Positions 23,501 to 37,100 of a DNA stretch of 64,000 bases are shown here, piece after piece; the first letter of the stretch is position 1, and each line of letters starts with the position of its first letter. A program made the translations under genes and the position numbers. Below the pieces are notes generated by a model. That model did not search any database. It was not told where the DNA came from and saw only the letters and a program-made list of their open reading frames with translations. Source of the stretch: Spizellomyces punctatus DAOM BR117 (lineage: Eukaryota); assembly GCA_000182565.2 (NCBI GenBank), contig KQ257469.1; one strand, written 5' to 3'.

Positions 23501-26119
23501 TATCCTCGTATATCATCTGAACAAGAAGTAAAGCTTGCTGATTGGTGGTCATATTTCAGCTTGCTATTATCTCTCTTCAATGGTCCCTAACGACTGGCAT
23601 CACAACAGATGTACATCCTACCGAGTTCATGCTTCTTGTGGGCTTGATCGAATGGATCCGTCTTGTGTATGGTTGTCCGGTCATCGTCGTTGGTGATTTC
23701 CAGGACGAATTTCGTTGGGTAGGTATACCAAAAGCCGTTTGAAATAACATTTTTACTACGCATATTAAGACTGTTCATGTTGAGAACAGCTCGCTTCACC
23801 AACTGGTTTCAAAGGTCCCGGAACTGCTTTTGGAACATCATGGTTAAAGAATCTGTTTCAATACGCTGTTAATGGCGTAGAGTTGGATTTGAATGTTGTT
23901 GGGTAAGTTGGCCTGCCTAGGAAAACACTGTTCAGCCGCTGGAATTGCCTATACACATCACTCGTCTAGGAACCTTTGGCCATTACGTACGACATACACT
24001 GCACAAATGATTCGCAGCAGAACTGCCACAAGACCGGCATCCGGAAATTGGTTTGATCATGTCTGGTAAGATATCTGGATTGTGCATACATTCAAGCACA
24101 CAGCCTGTTCATTCAGAGAATATCTTTGCTCTCAGGCTCCCCTTTTCTCCGATAGCGAGCAAAGTAAAGCCACAAGTTGTCAATCGACTGAACGTAAACA
24201 TGGTTGTAAACGGGAGCATGGTCGACGCAGCAGCGAGGGCCTTAGGGAACTGTTCTATTGGCCCAGAGGCTTCTTCCAGGTTCGTTGACTTGTATTGACT
24301 TTCCCTGAAAGATGTAGTTGAGTCCATTAACCGTAGCTGTTTAATAGCCGAGAATTCTCCAACCACATGCCTATAGTTTACGACATAGCGTGGAACACTG
24401 GGTCAGCGCCTAGCCCCTCGTTCTCACTCGTGTCCCTGAACATGGCCTTCTTCGATGTGACTGGTTCAACCCGACTGGACTATTTACGCCCATATAAATT
24501 CGGTGCCGACTACGAAACTTTGAGCGGAAATGGATTCACGGGAGACCTGCTCTGGACCAAGCTCACCAATCGTCTTAAAGCATATCTCGCAAATTTTGAC
24601 CTAGTAGCCACGCAGTCAGAAAGCGAACTGGTTCGCGTTAAAGCTGCCAAACCCTTCATCAGTGGATTCGAGTACTCGAACAAGGATGTAAATTACAAAG
24701 GTGTATACATCAGAAAGAAGGAAGCAAAAGTCCAGAGTGGTGGAACATCTACATGTTCTGTTATCAACTATAGTTGGGATGGCTCTGCCACAGTGACTAC
24801 CACAGTGGACGCCGACCCCGACAACGTCGAGGAAATGATTGCGGCTGCTCGCGATGGGGCATCCACTCCGACCAACACCAACCCTACACTTCTCGCATGC
24901 GGCTTCTGGGCATTATCCAAACCTGGCACAACAAGCTCGTCGGACCGTCCATTTATTTTGATCAATGTACATGATCGACCCGGTTACTTTGCACTAAGTC
25001 GCGACGGAAATTTGGCCATTGATTCAAGGTCAACCACGGTGCTGCGCCAGGCGTTATATGCTATTTGTTTGTCGCTTAAGGCTCAGAGTGGGCGAGGTGG
25101 GTTGGATTGTGGGGTCAGCGACAATGTTGAGCAGAAGATTTCAATGTTCTTTGTGGTATGCCTGCATCAAATTCTCTTTGTCCATTCTGTTTTTGACATC
25201 TGCATTTCCGTTTGATAGGGAGACTGGAACAATCAGGATTTTTCACGCGCTGTTCCCAAGCCAAACACCACAGATTGGAGAACACAAATGGAAAACACAT
25301 TTAAGACAAGAACTGCTAAATTCGAAGCTGCCATGTATGATTCAAATTTCACTGAAGTCAATCCGGTGCTGATAAAGTATCTTTATACCAGAGCCAAGCA
25401 AATGAATCTGCAGTGTCCCCTTGCGAAAGTGTTTATTCCGGGAGACACGAACAGTCGCGGATCCAACAATCTGAACTGTGACAATTTTGAACAACGTGTT
25501 CCCTACGCAACTACTGCGAAAGGACAGTTTTACGTAGGTTGCCACCAAAAGACAACATTTCTTTGGGTCATCCCAGCTTACATGTCGTTGCAAGGATTTT
25601 TTGTTCTATTGCGGCCCAAACACCATTACAATCCTTGACAGCAAAATCGACAGTAACTTAGGATACTGGGGCGGGAACGCCTGCAACACTTCTGGACTTG
25701 ACCCCTTACAGGCGGATAATTGTGCAAGTACGGACGTTCCTGGTGAGCTAGATGGAATCAGCGACCATCGGGCTGTGAGGATTAAGATCGGGGATGAAAT
25801 GGCCGGGGCAGAGGTGGAACCGGTGCAGCCCACTATTGGTGATCCCGGTCAAAGTGCACAAGAAGGGACTTCAACGTCTTCTCATGTTGAGGTAAGGTTT
25901 GGAACATAAAGGTTACAGCATCAATGCTCAACAAACTTCTTTGTGATTTTTTCTCTATAGTCTCAAACTGCAACTCCCACTGATGATGTTAGTACATCAG
26001 GCGATAGTGTAACAGATATATCAAGTGTTACGCAGATGCCAACAGAGACGCCGACCGAAATACCGACTGAGACGCCAACAGGGTCACCGATAGAGACGTC
26101 AATTAGCGCCTCCGCTTGA
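20510..26119 (+). CDS. Large secreted protein with an exonuclease/endonuclease/phosphatase (EEP) domain and Ser/Thr-rich tail; multi-exon, exon structure not fully resolved
   Basis: Signal peptide MWKVSFFLLVLYCFHVSA. EEP motifs occur in order: SLVSLN (~24424), DLVATQSE (~24598), ILINVH (~24955), PGDTN (~25438) and SDHRAV (~25760). An earlier PVIVVGDFQ lies at ~23677. TETP repeats precede the TGA at 26117-26119. Confidence 0.6.
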
Positions 26120-26252
26120 TCTCAAATAGAACAACTTTACAATGCGCCTGAGATGGTTTCTAGCAATGAATTTCATTTTGTTCAAACCGATGACATTAAG
26201 TTCCATTTTCCCCAAGCGTCATTGTGTTGCGCGAGATGGCCCCCTGAGTCAA

Positions 26253-27079
26253 TCATTGACCTGCCTCAGTTGCCACACTGACCGACGTAGCTGTCGTCGC
26301 TGGCTCACTAACTCCCTGGAGCGCACTCTGTATGTCTGTACCCGTAACTTGGCATTCAGGTAATTTGGACAATCTCCACATAAGCTGCTGCATAGCAGTT
26401 TCGTTCCCCTTGACGTAGTCGACTGCCGTATTGAACGGAAGGCTATTAGGAGAACTGAATGCTGAAATTTTCCATACACTATTTACCCAAGAGTGTGAAG
26501 TTCGCTATTTCTTCTTCTGTTACGCTAGTCTGCGATCCATATGAACAGATGAAGCCCTGAGCACGTCTCACGGCATCCATATATTGCCGCCCTGATATCG
26601 CATATCCATCAAGATTTGTGCATCAGGGAAACAGTCACAAGATCGGATGTACTCACTAAAATTCCTCAGCTCATTCCGAAGAGCCTTATTTCCTTCGGTA
26701 CAATTGTATGCCTTTCCCAGCACCAATCCAGTACTATTCCGGCGAGCGACTACGGGATTCAATGATGTCAGATGATGCTTGACGTCCACGAGAGGCGGAT
26801 GTTGCCCAATCAATACATGCGTTTTTCAGAGTCATGTAGGCGGTCGACTTGGGGTTTCCACACCGGGTCTTCTGGATCCTTGCATTTATGCTTGGTTCTA
26901 CATGGAATCAGTGTTATGATCAAGTGCACAAGAAGCTGCTCTGATATTCGATGTGCTTACAGGGTATCATAGTCAGTAGTGACCACCGTGTCAGAATGCT
27001 CCACGTATATCGGCTTTTTCTTGGCAGCATGAACCAAGGTGAATAGAATGAGGAGGATTGATAAAACAGAGTAACGCAT
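26253..27079 (-). CDS. Small secreted hypothetical protein, multi-exon (possible internal stop near 26568)
   Basis: Signal peptide MRYSVLSILLILFTLVHA followed by a gtaagc donor. Later exons read KCKDPEDPVW, NSTGLVLGKAYNCTEG and LPFNTAVDYVKG...EAGQ*. Confidence 0.5.
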
Positions 27080-27276
27080 CTGGATTTTGAAGATAAAGAA
27101 TGTTTTAGATATATCTAATGGTGCAAAGTAGGAAGGTACTGCGCAAAACCGCTGATTAAGCAAGTCGCGACCCTCAATTTGATGACCTCACGCGCTCCTT
27201 TTAAGATTTCTGTCCGAACTTGTCCGATTGGCTTACCTCGTCGCCTAATGATACTTGAGATCTCACTCATATTATA

Positions 27277-28098
27277 ATGAATAGTATGGAGGAACCTGCG
27301 GAGAGCTCACATTTTATTACTGTCGTCTCGGAGGTTGTCACATCAGATGTCGATAGTAATACTGTCCCCCAAATGTTTCCAGTTCAGTACCATGCACGGG
27401 CAAATTGGATATGGTTAATTCAAGTACTTGTGGTCCTTCTCTGGTCGATATCACAAAAAAGGATATTTCCCGCTCCCCTCAGCGCACCCTACGTCCTTGC
27501 CTTGCGACAATTCCTCTATCTGAATCTTGTCTCACATGCCATCTTTTATGTCTGCGAGCTCCTTTTCACCTCAATAGTTGTTTCCCTCCCAGCCATGGCA
27601 GCACACCACGTTGCTTCAATCCTCCTCTTCTGGTTCATCTACCGGGAGCCTGCGTGCGTCTCCGTGTCATGTTTGCTGCCCTTTGTTTTGCATGCACTCT
27701 CGTGGATATGCGGAGATACCGGCCCAGGGAATACGCTCCTTGCCTTCTATAACCTTTGCTTTCTTGGGTGTTGTCTTGCATCGATCTACCGAAATCCGTC
27801 GGAGGGCCATATAACAGATCTAGTGCCGCTGACGGGTGTCCTCATTGTAGCCTGCAATGGAGTATCTTACTGTGTGCTGTAAGTTGGAGGTGCATGGTGT
27901 GTCCCACGTGAGCTCGCCTTCTAACCTACACACAGCCATGAAGGTGCATTGTGCTTGCCTATCCGTTTCGCCCATTTCCCCATTTTCCAGCGATCTCTAG
28001 AGATGTTCGTTCTAATCGGTGCGCTGACGTTGGCGGTACGGTGGTGTGGATCTCGGACTTCTGTAATGGGTGGCAGTAGCGTGAAAAAAGTTGGATAA
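27277..28098 (+). CDS. Polytopic membrane protein, TLC (TRAM/LAG1/CLN8)-like; 2 exons
   Basis: About 6-7 hydrophobic segments and an AHHVAS motif. An intron at ~27879-27935 leads to the last exon ending KKVG*. Confidence 0.6.
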
Positions 28099-28189
28099 GG
28101 TATAAAGATGCAACATAGGTAGGGTTGCGCTGAAATTACATCAATTATGTATTTCCGGCCAATATTCTCTGTTGTTCTTTATTTTACAT

Positions 28190-31100
28190 TCAAACTATCA
28201 AAGTAGACATTGCCAAGTCCATTCCAGTATTCGTAACCATAGCGGTTGTCACCTGGCCGTTCTGTCGTATATACACGATCGTGAGAGCCTCCCGCAAATT
28301 CATTGCCGGCCCACATCCTGCCTGAGTAAGGGTGCTTTTACACTGCAAAAGCAAATCCGTGTATCCATCACCATCCACATCTCCTTGTACTGATGCTCTC
28401 CATGTTTGCCCCGCATGGATTTCGAGTGATAGCTCTAGCAGTGTCACTGACGATGAAATGGAAGTCAAAGCTTGCTCTGGAACAAAAAGGGATGCCCTGT
28501 TCGGCACCGCAAGCCCCTGAATGCTGAATCGGCAAATGTTGGCGGTGCAAGCAAAGCCAAGTACACCTAATGAATCCCATACTCCCAATCCAACTGGGGT
28601 TCCCGAAGCAGAGAAAGTGTTTGCTTGGCAAGACTGGACGAACGGAAAATCTCGATGAGCAGTTTGGCGAAGTTCATTACCGTTCGTAGCGTACTTACTT
28701 GGTCGTAGTCATTGTCGGCCATAACGCAAACGGTGATTGAAGAGCCTCCATCAATGGGTCCGCCAGCCTTGGTTGCCCAAAAGGTATCTAAAATATCATT
28801 ACCATCTAGGTCCGCAAATCCGACCAAGGCTCGATCAGGGCAAATGCTTTGGTCTGGACCCTTTAAAGTTTGCAATTGGAGGCCAGGGCGATATACAATG
28901 GCGTACGCTCCAACCGAATCCTTTGTAATGTAGTCGAAAGTACCATCTTGGTTGTAGTCCCTGTAAATAGATAAATGAGGAGGTTATGTGATGCAGCAAT
29001 AGTATTCTAACTTACCCGACTGATGAGATAGTTTTGGAAGCAGCTATAGTTAACCACGTATTACTGGTACTAAAGGTAGACGACCAACTTGAATAAGTTG
29101 TTAACTGGTCGGTGGTGTTCGTCTTATATCCGAGTACGTCTGCGCGGCCATTTTGATCAAGATCCAAGAATGCGGGTGATACCCAGTTGTTGTACAGCGC
29201 ATACTGCCCAGGTTTCGCAACATCGAAATCGATTGTATGGAGTGCAGCGTCATATGTAGTTGGTACGATAGTCCACTGTGCGGAACCTTTAAAACGTGCA
29301 AAAATATAAGGGGTGACAACCGCAGCAACGAGGTCCTGATCGGGAAGCAACGTTGCAGTGACCACAGAGGAGCCGAACAACGTCGCCACGTCCGCAGACG
29401 GGGTCAGAGCCATAAAGAGGGCGCTGGTATCCAAGTACCTCGCGTATTTCCACCCAAGTGCCAGAACGAGGGTTGCAGGAGGGGATATGACCGTCGTGCT
29501 GTCATTACCAACGACACTGTACGTATATGTCGAGACTGGTAGGACAGTAATACCTAGATTGGTGGGTATATTTGTTGCCACCACTTGGAGAGTGGTGGTG
29601 GACTCGTCAAATCCGTCCACGGTAACGGTAGTAGAGCCAGCAGTTCGCGTTAAAACATAAGCGTCATAGCCAACCACGACCCGTGGGGTGGGAATAGATA
29701 CGGTTGCACTTAGCCATGCGTCGTTGGTTCCTTTAACAGTGACCCAAACGGGAACCGGAACTGTCATCCTGTCGGCTGGAATTGTTGTGGAGAGGATACT
29801 GCCATTTGATACTGACTTATATGGCATAATATCAATTGCTCCCTGCACTGATCCAATTGCCAGCTACCATCGAGATTCATTGTTATACAGGCGGCATTAT
29901 GACCCGAAGTGCTTATGAGCTTACCTCGTACTGATAAATACGTGATCGTCCTGGCACAAAACCACTCCATTGCACCACACGACCATAATTCGCGAGGGAA
30001 ACCTGAGCACCAGCTGCATTTGGCGGACTGGTATCAACAAGTATACTAGTAACGTCGATCGTTGAGAGTAGCGCGTTATTCACTGCCCTGACAGTGAGGT
30101 AGATCTCCAACAGACCCGATACATTGACGAGACTCGCTGTGACCTGGCTGTCTTGCGTAAAACTCCAACCCAGCAAATCACTACGATTTACGGCCGTCCC
30201 GAGCGCCCACTCGTAATACGCGATGTCGGATCCATCATCCATGGCCTCCCACGTAAGAGTAAGGTGCCCATCGCTGGTTGCTCCAACAGGTTGTCCAGCT
30301 CGCATGAACGTGAGGTTCCCAAGAACCGGCGGCGTCTGATCGATCGTTAAACCACGAGTCCAAAGTACCGAACCTAAGCCGGCCCGATTTACGGCTCGTA
30401 AAGCAATGTAATACGATGCCGGCGTCGTGAGAGGAGCTGGAGCAATAGATCCCGGGGTAGCTGCGGTTGGGACAGTCGCGTTCGCTGGTTTTATGCAAGT
30501 CATATTACTGCTACTTGGTACATAGCCATCATTGCAGACGCAATGGTAACTGCCGATGTCGTTTACACATGTCTGCAAAGAAGAATGGACCCATATTATT
30601 AAAGGATATAGATGTCAAAAGCTCTCATCAACTTACAGTGGTTCTGAAATCACAGCTGTTGATACCCTACGATAATGAAAGACGTGTTTCGTAAAACAAG
30701 TGCTATAATGTCTTACGAGAGCGTGACTGTCGCATACCTCAGCGCATTCATCAATGTCTACACATTCCAAACCACTACGCCGGAATCCATCGTTGCAGAC
30801 AGTGGTGTACGACTCTGTTGGAGACGTTAAACTCGATACGCATTTTCCATTAGCCGGGTTAGGACCAGTAGGTCCAGAACACCAGTCGATTCCAACACAA
30901 TACCCTCTCTTCGAGAACAAAGCGTTTGTGTAACACCATGGCCTGATGTCGTCTGCGTATGTGCACTCCGTGTAGAGTTTTCCTTGATAGTAGAATGGAA
31001 ACACACATGTTTCGCCGGTGACAGTTTTGCGAGGCGCACAATAATCTGTTCTGGATAACTGACTAGGAACGCTGCTGTTTGATACCAGCGGACACCATGG

Positions 31101-34100
31101 AATAGGCAACTCTGCCCGGAAGGTAGCAGCTCCAAGTGCATCAAGCCCGTAGATCGGGGCTTTAGTAATTTTGTCACGAGTAAAGCAGAGGGATCCTGAC
31201 GCCAACCGACTGTTGCTCATTAGCGTGGGCATGCAAACGCACCCAGCAGGTGCGGTTGTTGTTGCAGACGTATAAACGAAGAAGGGTAGATTGATCTCGG
31301 CACATCGGGATGCGCACACGTCCAGAGAAATATCCCGGTAAGATTTGGTTTGCGGGAAAGCTAACGTCGCTTGCGAAAGGATTGTTGTGTAATTATTCGT
31401 AGCTAGCGCAATATGAAGGACTTGCGAAAGGTCCCCGAACGACCAGCATCCTTGGAAACTGTACCCTGGAGCAGATGGAGCTACATCAGGCTTAACGCCA
31501 GGAGCGCATGACGAATAGGTTGTTCCATTGACCGTAAATGGGCCCAAGCAGGTCTCATTTAAGTTAATAGTCTGGCGCGGCAGCATTTGTCGTACAGCGG
31601 TCGCACAGGTCGGCCCACTCCAGTTCGGTGGGCAGGAACACATATTGGGCCCGATACACACACCCCCATTTTGACACGCTATTGAGCAGGTAAAGCCGGT
31701 AAGTCCAGATACGCTGAGTTGAACAGTCACTGCCTTTGCCGACAAAACCGCGATATAAACCTCTCCTTTCAGAGATGGGATAGAGATGGCGCACTGCAGA
31801 GACTGTGCCGGCATACACTTAGCAATCGCAACGGGGCTCGCTGTACACGAGGGGAAGGCAACTAGCCACATTCGAGACGGTTGCGATGCCGAACTTGATA
31901 AAACAAATGGTTCGCCCGTCGCCGTTATCTTGTACCAGCGGGCGAGACGAGGAGTGTTCACCATGCGAGTAGTTCGTGGGTCTTCGTCAATATCTTTTGA
32001 GGATATCGATGCGTTCAGTGGGGCTGATGAAGTAAGGACAGCTGCTCCAGCACACCCAGTTTTGGGGTCAGGCAGTACACACCCATCAGTACCGATGCCG
32101 GTACCAACGGTTCCTGGTGGACAACGACATTCATGGCCTCCGTAAGTATCCACGCACGTGGCATTACTATGGCAATTGTTGGAAGTCTGTCACATATACG
32201 AAGTTAGGAATGCAGCAAGTAAGGGGCTTCATCATCACAACTTACCATGCACTCGTTTACATTTACGCAAGTCCATTGATCCATAGCGGTAAACCCTGGG
32301 TTGCAGTTACATCTATAGCTTCCTGGAACATTCTCGCAACGGCCCGCCAAACCACATGGATTTGAGGCACACTCATCGATATCAATACAGCCGCTTTGCT
32401 CGAGCTCTCCGGTAGCAGAATAAGGATTGCCGGTATACCCAGGTGGGCATTCACAGAGATAGGATCCCGGAATGTTTCTACAAGTAGCACCTGTGGCACA
32501 CATAGACACATTGTAGGAAGCAGCAATACCACATTCATCTAAAAATCAGTCGAGGGAGAACGGTAAATTCGTTAATAACTGAAGTTTGACATTCATTTGC
32601 ACTGAGAGTCCGTACCAATATCTTCACAGTCGAACTGGTATCCACTGCCTAAAGGAAAGGAACTTTGGTTGAATATCTTGGATGATAAACTTTAGCCTTA
32701 ACAACCGTGTCGCATTACCTCCATAGCCAGGCTGACATGTGCAGATGTACTGTAAGTTATACCTATTTGCTACAGCAAGAGTCTGATTTGATACTGGAAA
32801 GTTGACATCTTCCCGCTTGGTACAACTCGCTAAAGGTGAGCAACCACCTTGCTCGGCGGATAAATCACACCAATTTCGCGAATATATGTATGACTCCAAT
32901 GTAATGTTTGTGAGCCTTCCAAGTCGGATTAACTCAGAGTCTGTGGACGTAAGTGGCTGTGACCATTGAGAAGGAACGCAGGGTACGTCCGACGTGGCGT
33001 CGTTGCAAGTTTGCGTCCAATTCTCCACATTAATACGAGTTAAGTTGAGGACATCGTACTTCTCAATAACCGTTGAGATTCCAATTTCGTAATAATCAAT
33101 TCCAGAATCAGGATCTAGGAAGGGATCGCCATGGTTGCATCCATAGCTGGCATTCGGTGGCCCAGGGAAGGTGGTGCTGGAAAACACCATCGATGCTGTA
33201 GATGCCAATTTACGGACCGCTAGACATAACGCAGGAAATTAGAATGATCAGCTCTCATCCTCGTTGTTTTGTAATATCACTGACTTACCCCATAACCGGA
33301 ACAACGGAGCCAGTTTCGGAAGACCTTGAATCCCTGCCGTTCCAACGAACAGGCCAGGAAGCTGGGAGGAGCCTACGACCAATCCTGCGTCGTCGGTGAC
33401 CGTTACCTGGGTTGTTCCTTCGCGAACAGTCACACTGTAGGTGAGATAAACTGAAGTCGGGTCCTGAGAGAAGTCCACCTCCGCCCCTCGTAAAGATTTA
33501 TCGCCCGGTTTTGCTGCCCACATGTACACTGATGGCTTATCCAAAGCCAGAATTTGGATTCCAATGGCATTATATGGCCAGCTGTTGTTGAAGTAATAAT
33601 TGCTTTGAGTTTCAAAGCTTCGCTCCACGACAGGAATATTACTATCTGTCAATATGATGCTGCTAGCAGCCCCGTAGGTTGGACTCGCTTTGAAGCGGAA
33701 GGAAAAGCTTCCACCGGAAATCGAAACGTTGGAAACTACTTCACATCCACGCGTGAGATGTTCATCAGCCGAGTCGGTTGCTGCGACTAGCGTAAGGCGA
33801 TTTGAAGCAAAGGTTGCACAGCTTGGGGAAAACACAATTCTCGCATCATCCAATCCAAAATCGGTCGTCAGACTTGACGAGATACTCCAACGAGCAGACG
33901 CTCCCGATGTAAAAGTGTCAACATTAGGTTGACATGGACTTTCACCAACGGATTCCGCCCAAGTGAGGGCCACAGAGTTGTTGCTGGCAGTATAGGCCAT
34001 ATTTACGGATGGGTCATACCCTTGTTTTACAGTTCCAAGAATGGGTGGTGTCACATCCACGTGCAGCGGAACACTCGCTGAATACGAAGTGAGACCTGCA

Positions 34101-37100
34101 TTGTTCACAGCTTTGATGAGAATTCGATGCGTACCACTGCAAAGGATGGACGATTAGTTTAAAACTATTCAGAGTTACTGCAGAAAATGCGGACCATTCA
34201 CACCTTTCTGTTAGTGGAGCGGCAATATCAATTGAACTAGTGGTGTTGAGATCACTTCCAACAGAGGAGAACGGGACGGTGAGGAGATCAGGATTGTCCA
34301 ATGCCATAGAGACGGGATCCTCTGCCGAATCACGTCGTCTCAACTGTCCGGTGCTGTTTTCAGCTGGTGGTTCCAGCATCACGGCGTACTGTATGTCTTG
34401 AATATCGCCTCCAAAATCCCCCAAGTTTATCTATCGTAAAGAGGTGTTAACAGAGAATACAACAAAATTCAGATGAACATGCATCGAGATTACCGTCATA
34501 CTTCCAGAAGCCGCCTGCCAGCTCTCTGTCGCATTCTCAGCTTGCCCGGAAAACGCAATTACTAAGGGCGCCGGCTGTGTGTTATTAACAATAAATCCTA
34601 GACTTTTAGTAATAGTGCCCTGAGCGTTCAGATCTGTCGCACGAACAAAAGCGTAATATTCGCTTCGATTGCCTCCGATTTCCGTGACGTTCAAAGACAA
34701 TCCCGTGAAGTTAAACATCACAGCATTAGGGTCCACATGAGTGAAATTCACAATGTAACTCTGGCTGTTGGATGAATCCGCGGAGCTTGATAGTGCGACA
34801 TCGATGGCGAGTGGTGACCAGACCGATGTGATACCCCGCCATTGAATATTCACTGTGTCTGTGGATACTTGAGATGTGGCAGTGGTTATGCCCAAGCCAT
34901 TGTCAATCCACACCTCTCCGACGGTTGGAGGATCTCTGGAGGCGATACTTGAGATGGAGTTGTCAAACAAAATTGCGGAACAGTAAGCTCACCTCAGTCC
35001 AATAACAAAACCAGGAGAAACACCAGTAACAATGTCACCAGTGCAAGAAGTCGCCTGTACAGTCACATAATATGTTGTGTATGGCTTCAATTCGGTAGAA
35101 ATCCACGCAGTAAAGTTTCGTGTGAGGCCTGCATCCGTCCAGATCAAAATGTTTGCAGCCCCGTCGCTTATTAAATAATCTGTTCCAACCGCATATCTAT
35201 AATTCACCACAAAACAGGTATCCGAGGAGAAGTCCTCCCAAGAAGCGGACACCGTATGGGGATCGTTCTGGAAAGACTGCTGAATCCCTGGCAGCGGGCC
35301 ATCCCAGACTTTCCCAGCTTTAGCAGGTGAATGGACAATCGTGACTGCATCGCTTACAGCCGGTACCGCGTTCGACATTCCGAAGCTATTGAAAGCCTTG
35401 ACTATGACAACGTAGCTTCTCATTGGGACGAGTCCGAGGTTTGCTGCTACGATTTCCGTCTCCGTAGTGGAGGTGACTGGCCATACAACTGCGTTCGTAA
35501 GATTATCTTTGATCCACCATTGATACTCCGCGATGGGGCACGGATGAGTGAACTTCCATGCCGCAGACAGGACGTTTCTGTCTTTTTGGAATCCACTGCT
35601 AGCACTTGTGGAGTACACCGATACGGGCATTGGACCATTGTCCACTACCCCCAGAGGTGACGACGTGGCCTGAGCAGAAAGTCCCGCTCCATTGACAGCC
35701 CGTACCACGATCACTATTTGACTTCCTGGTCTGGGAGCAACATCTAATTGTAGGGTTGCCGTTGTAGCAGTTCCAACGTCCTTCCACTTAAGCAAGAATG
35801 CCTGACCTTGGTACTCTTTCACGGCAACCCTATAGCGCGCAATGCCGCTCTCGGCATCAGTAAAGGCACCGTCCCACGACGCAACGATATTGTTCGTTCC
35901 TCGATGACAATCAATGACGTTTCGGGGTAGCGCCGATGCTGATGATGTAAAGTTTATCCCTTCGACCTCCGAAAGAAAAAGAATCTTGTCGTACTTGGTA
36001 TCTGGTGGTGTCCTATCAATCGAGAGAACGGTGTAGGCCGATGAAGACATTCCCACGCTGTTTGTACCAGTAACAGTCACGAAATACTGCGAGGATGGCG
36101 TTTCTAGGTAAACAAATGCAGGATCAAATACGTAAGAGTTTCCAACGACGGTCTTAGGAGTAAGAATTTCAACCCCGCCAGTTGTTGTGCCCAGAGACAC
36201 TGTGACATTAGCAACAGCACTTTCCGGGTCTACGAAAGCACTCCAAGAGCAGCTGAAAGGCAGTCGCGGAGTAACAATAGCTGAGGAGCACCCGAAGTCG
36301 GTGGGCGCAACCGGTGGGGTGGCGTCCACAACTAGATGGTTGCTGTAAACTGTTGAGGACGTGCCTGTGATACTGTCTACAGCGCTGCATTTGGCAAAAC
36401 TTGCTGTTCCGTATGGTATACTACTAATATTTGCTAGGAAGGCAACTGAATATTGCTCAGTTGCTGGAAACTGCGATACCGTGAGTGGAAAAACGTCGTC
36501 TGTGTCAAATCTCCCAATGGACACTTGAAGTGAGTCGAATCCTTCGCTTCCCAAGCCTGTGCTTGCTGCGCACGTAACCTTAATTTGGTTTACACTCGCA
36601 TTTGATACGTAGCTTGAGCCATCGGCCAGCTGGAGAGTGGGCTCTTTAAAACGGTATCAGAATGCTTCAGCATAACGGCGCTGACCCTATCCTTCAGTGT
36701 GCAGAAACTTACCAAAAGGAGCCTCATACGCGACCCTGAACCCAGCTGAAGTTGAGCTCACTTTTTCAGTAAAGGTGTCAGGGCCCGTCGTGCCAAATGT
36801 TCCGTAAACCGTAATAAAGTAGGTCACATTTGGCTGCAGTGCGCTCGATGGATAATTGATGAACCCGGAAGAGTTCTTGGAAGGATATACAAGGTACGCA
36901 GATGTTTCCTGAACAACGTCGGTGGAGTTGGGCGTCGTTCCCATACTCCACGTGTACAATGCTCCGGCAAAAAAATGCTTGAACCCCTGGAAGTTGATCA
37001 GTCGTAGTTAGTCTCTCCACTAACCCATAACAGTGAGCTCTCTTCCTTACATTGAAGGTAGCCGTTACTAAATCACGCTCAATTTGGATCCTTGTTTCGA

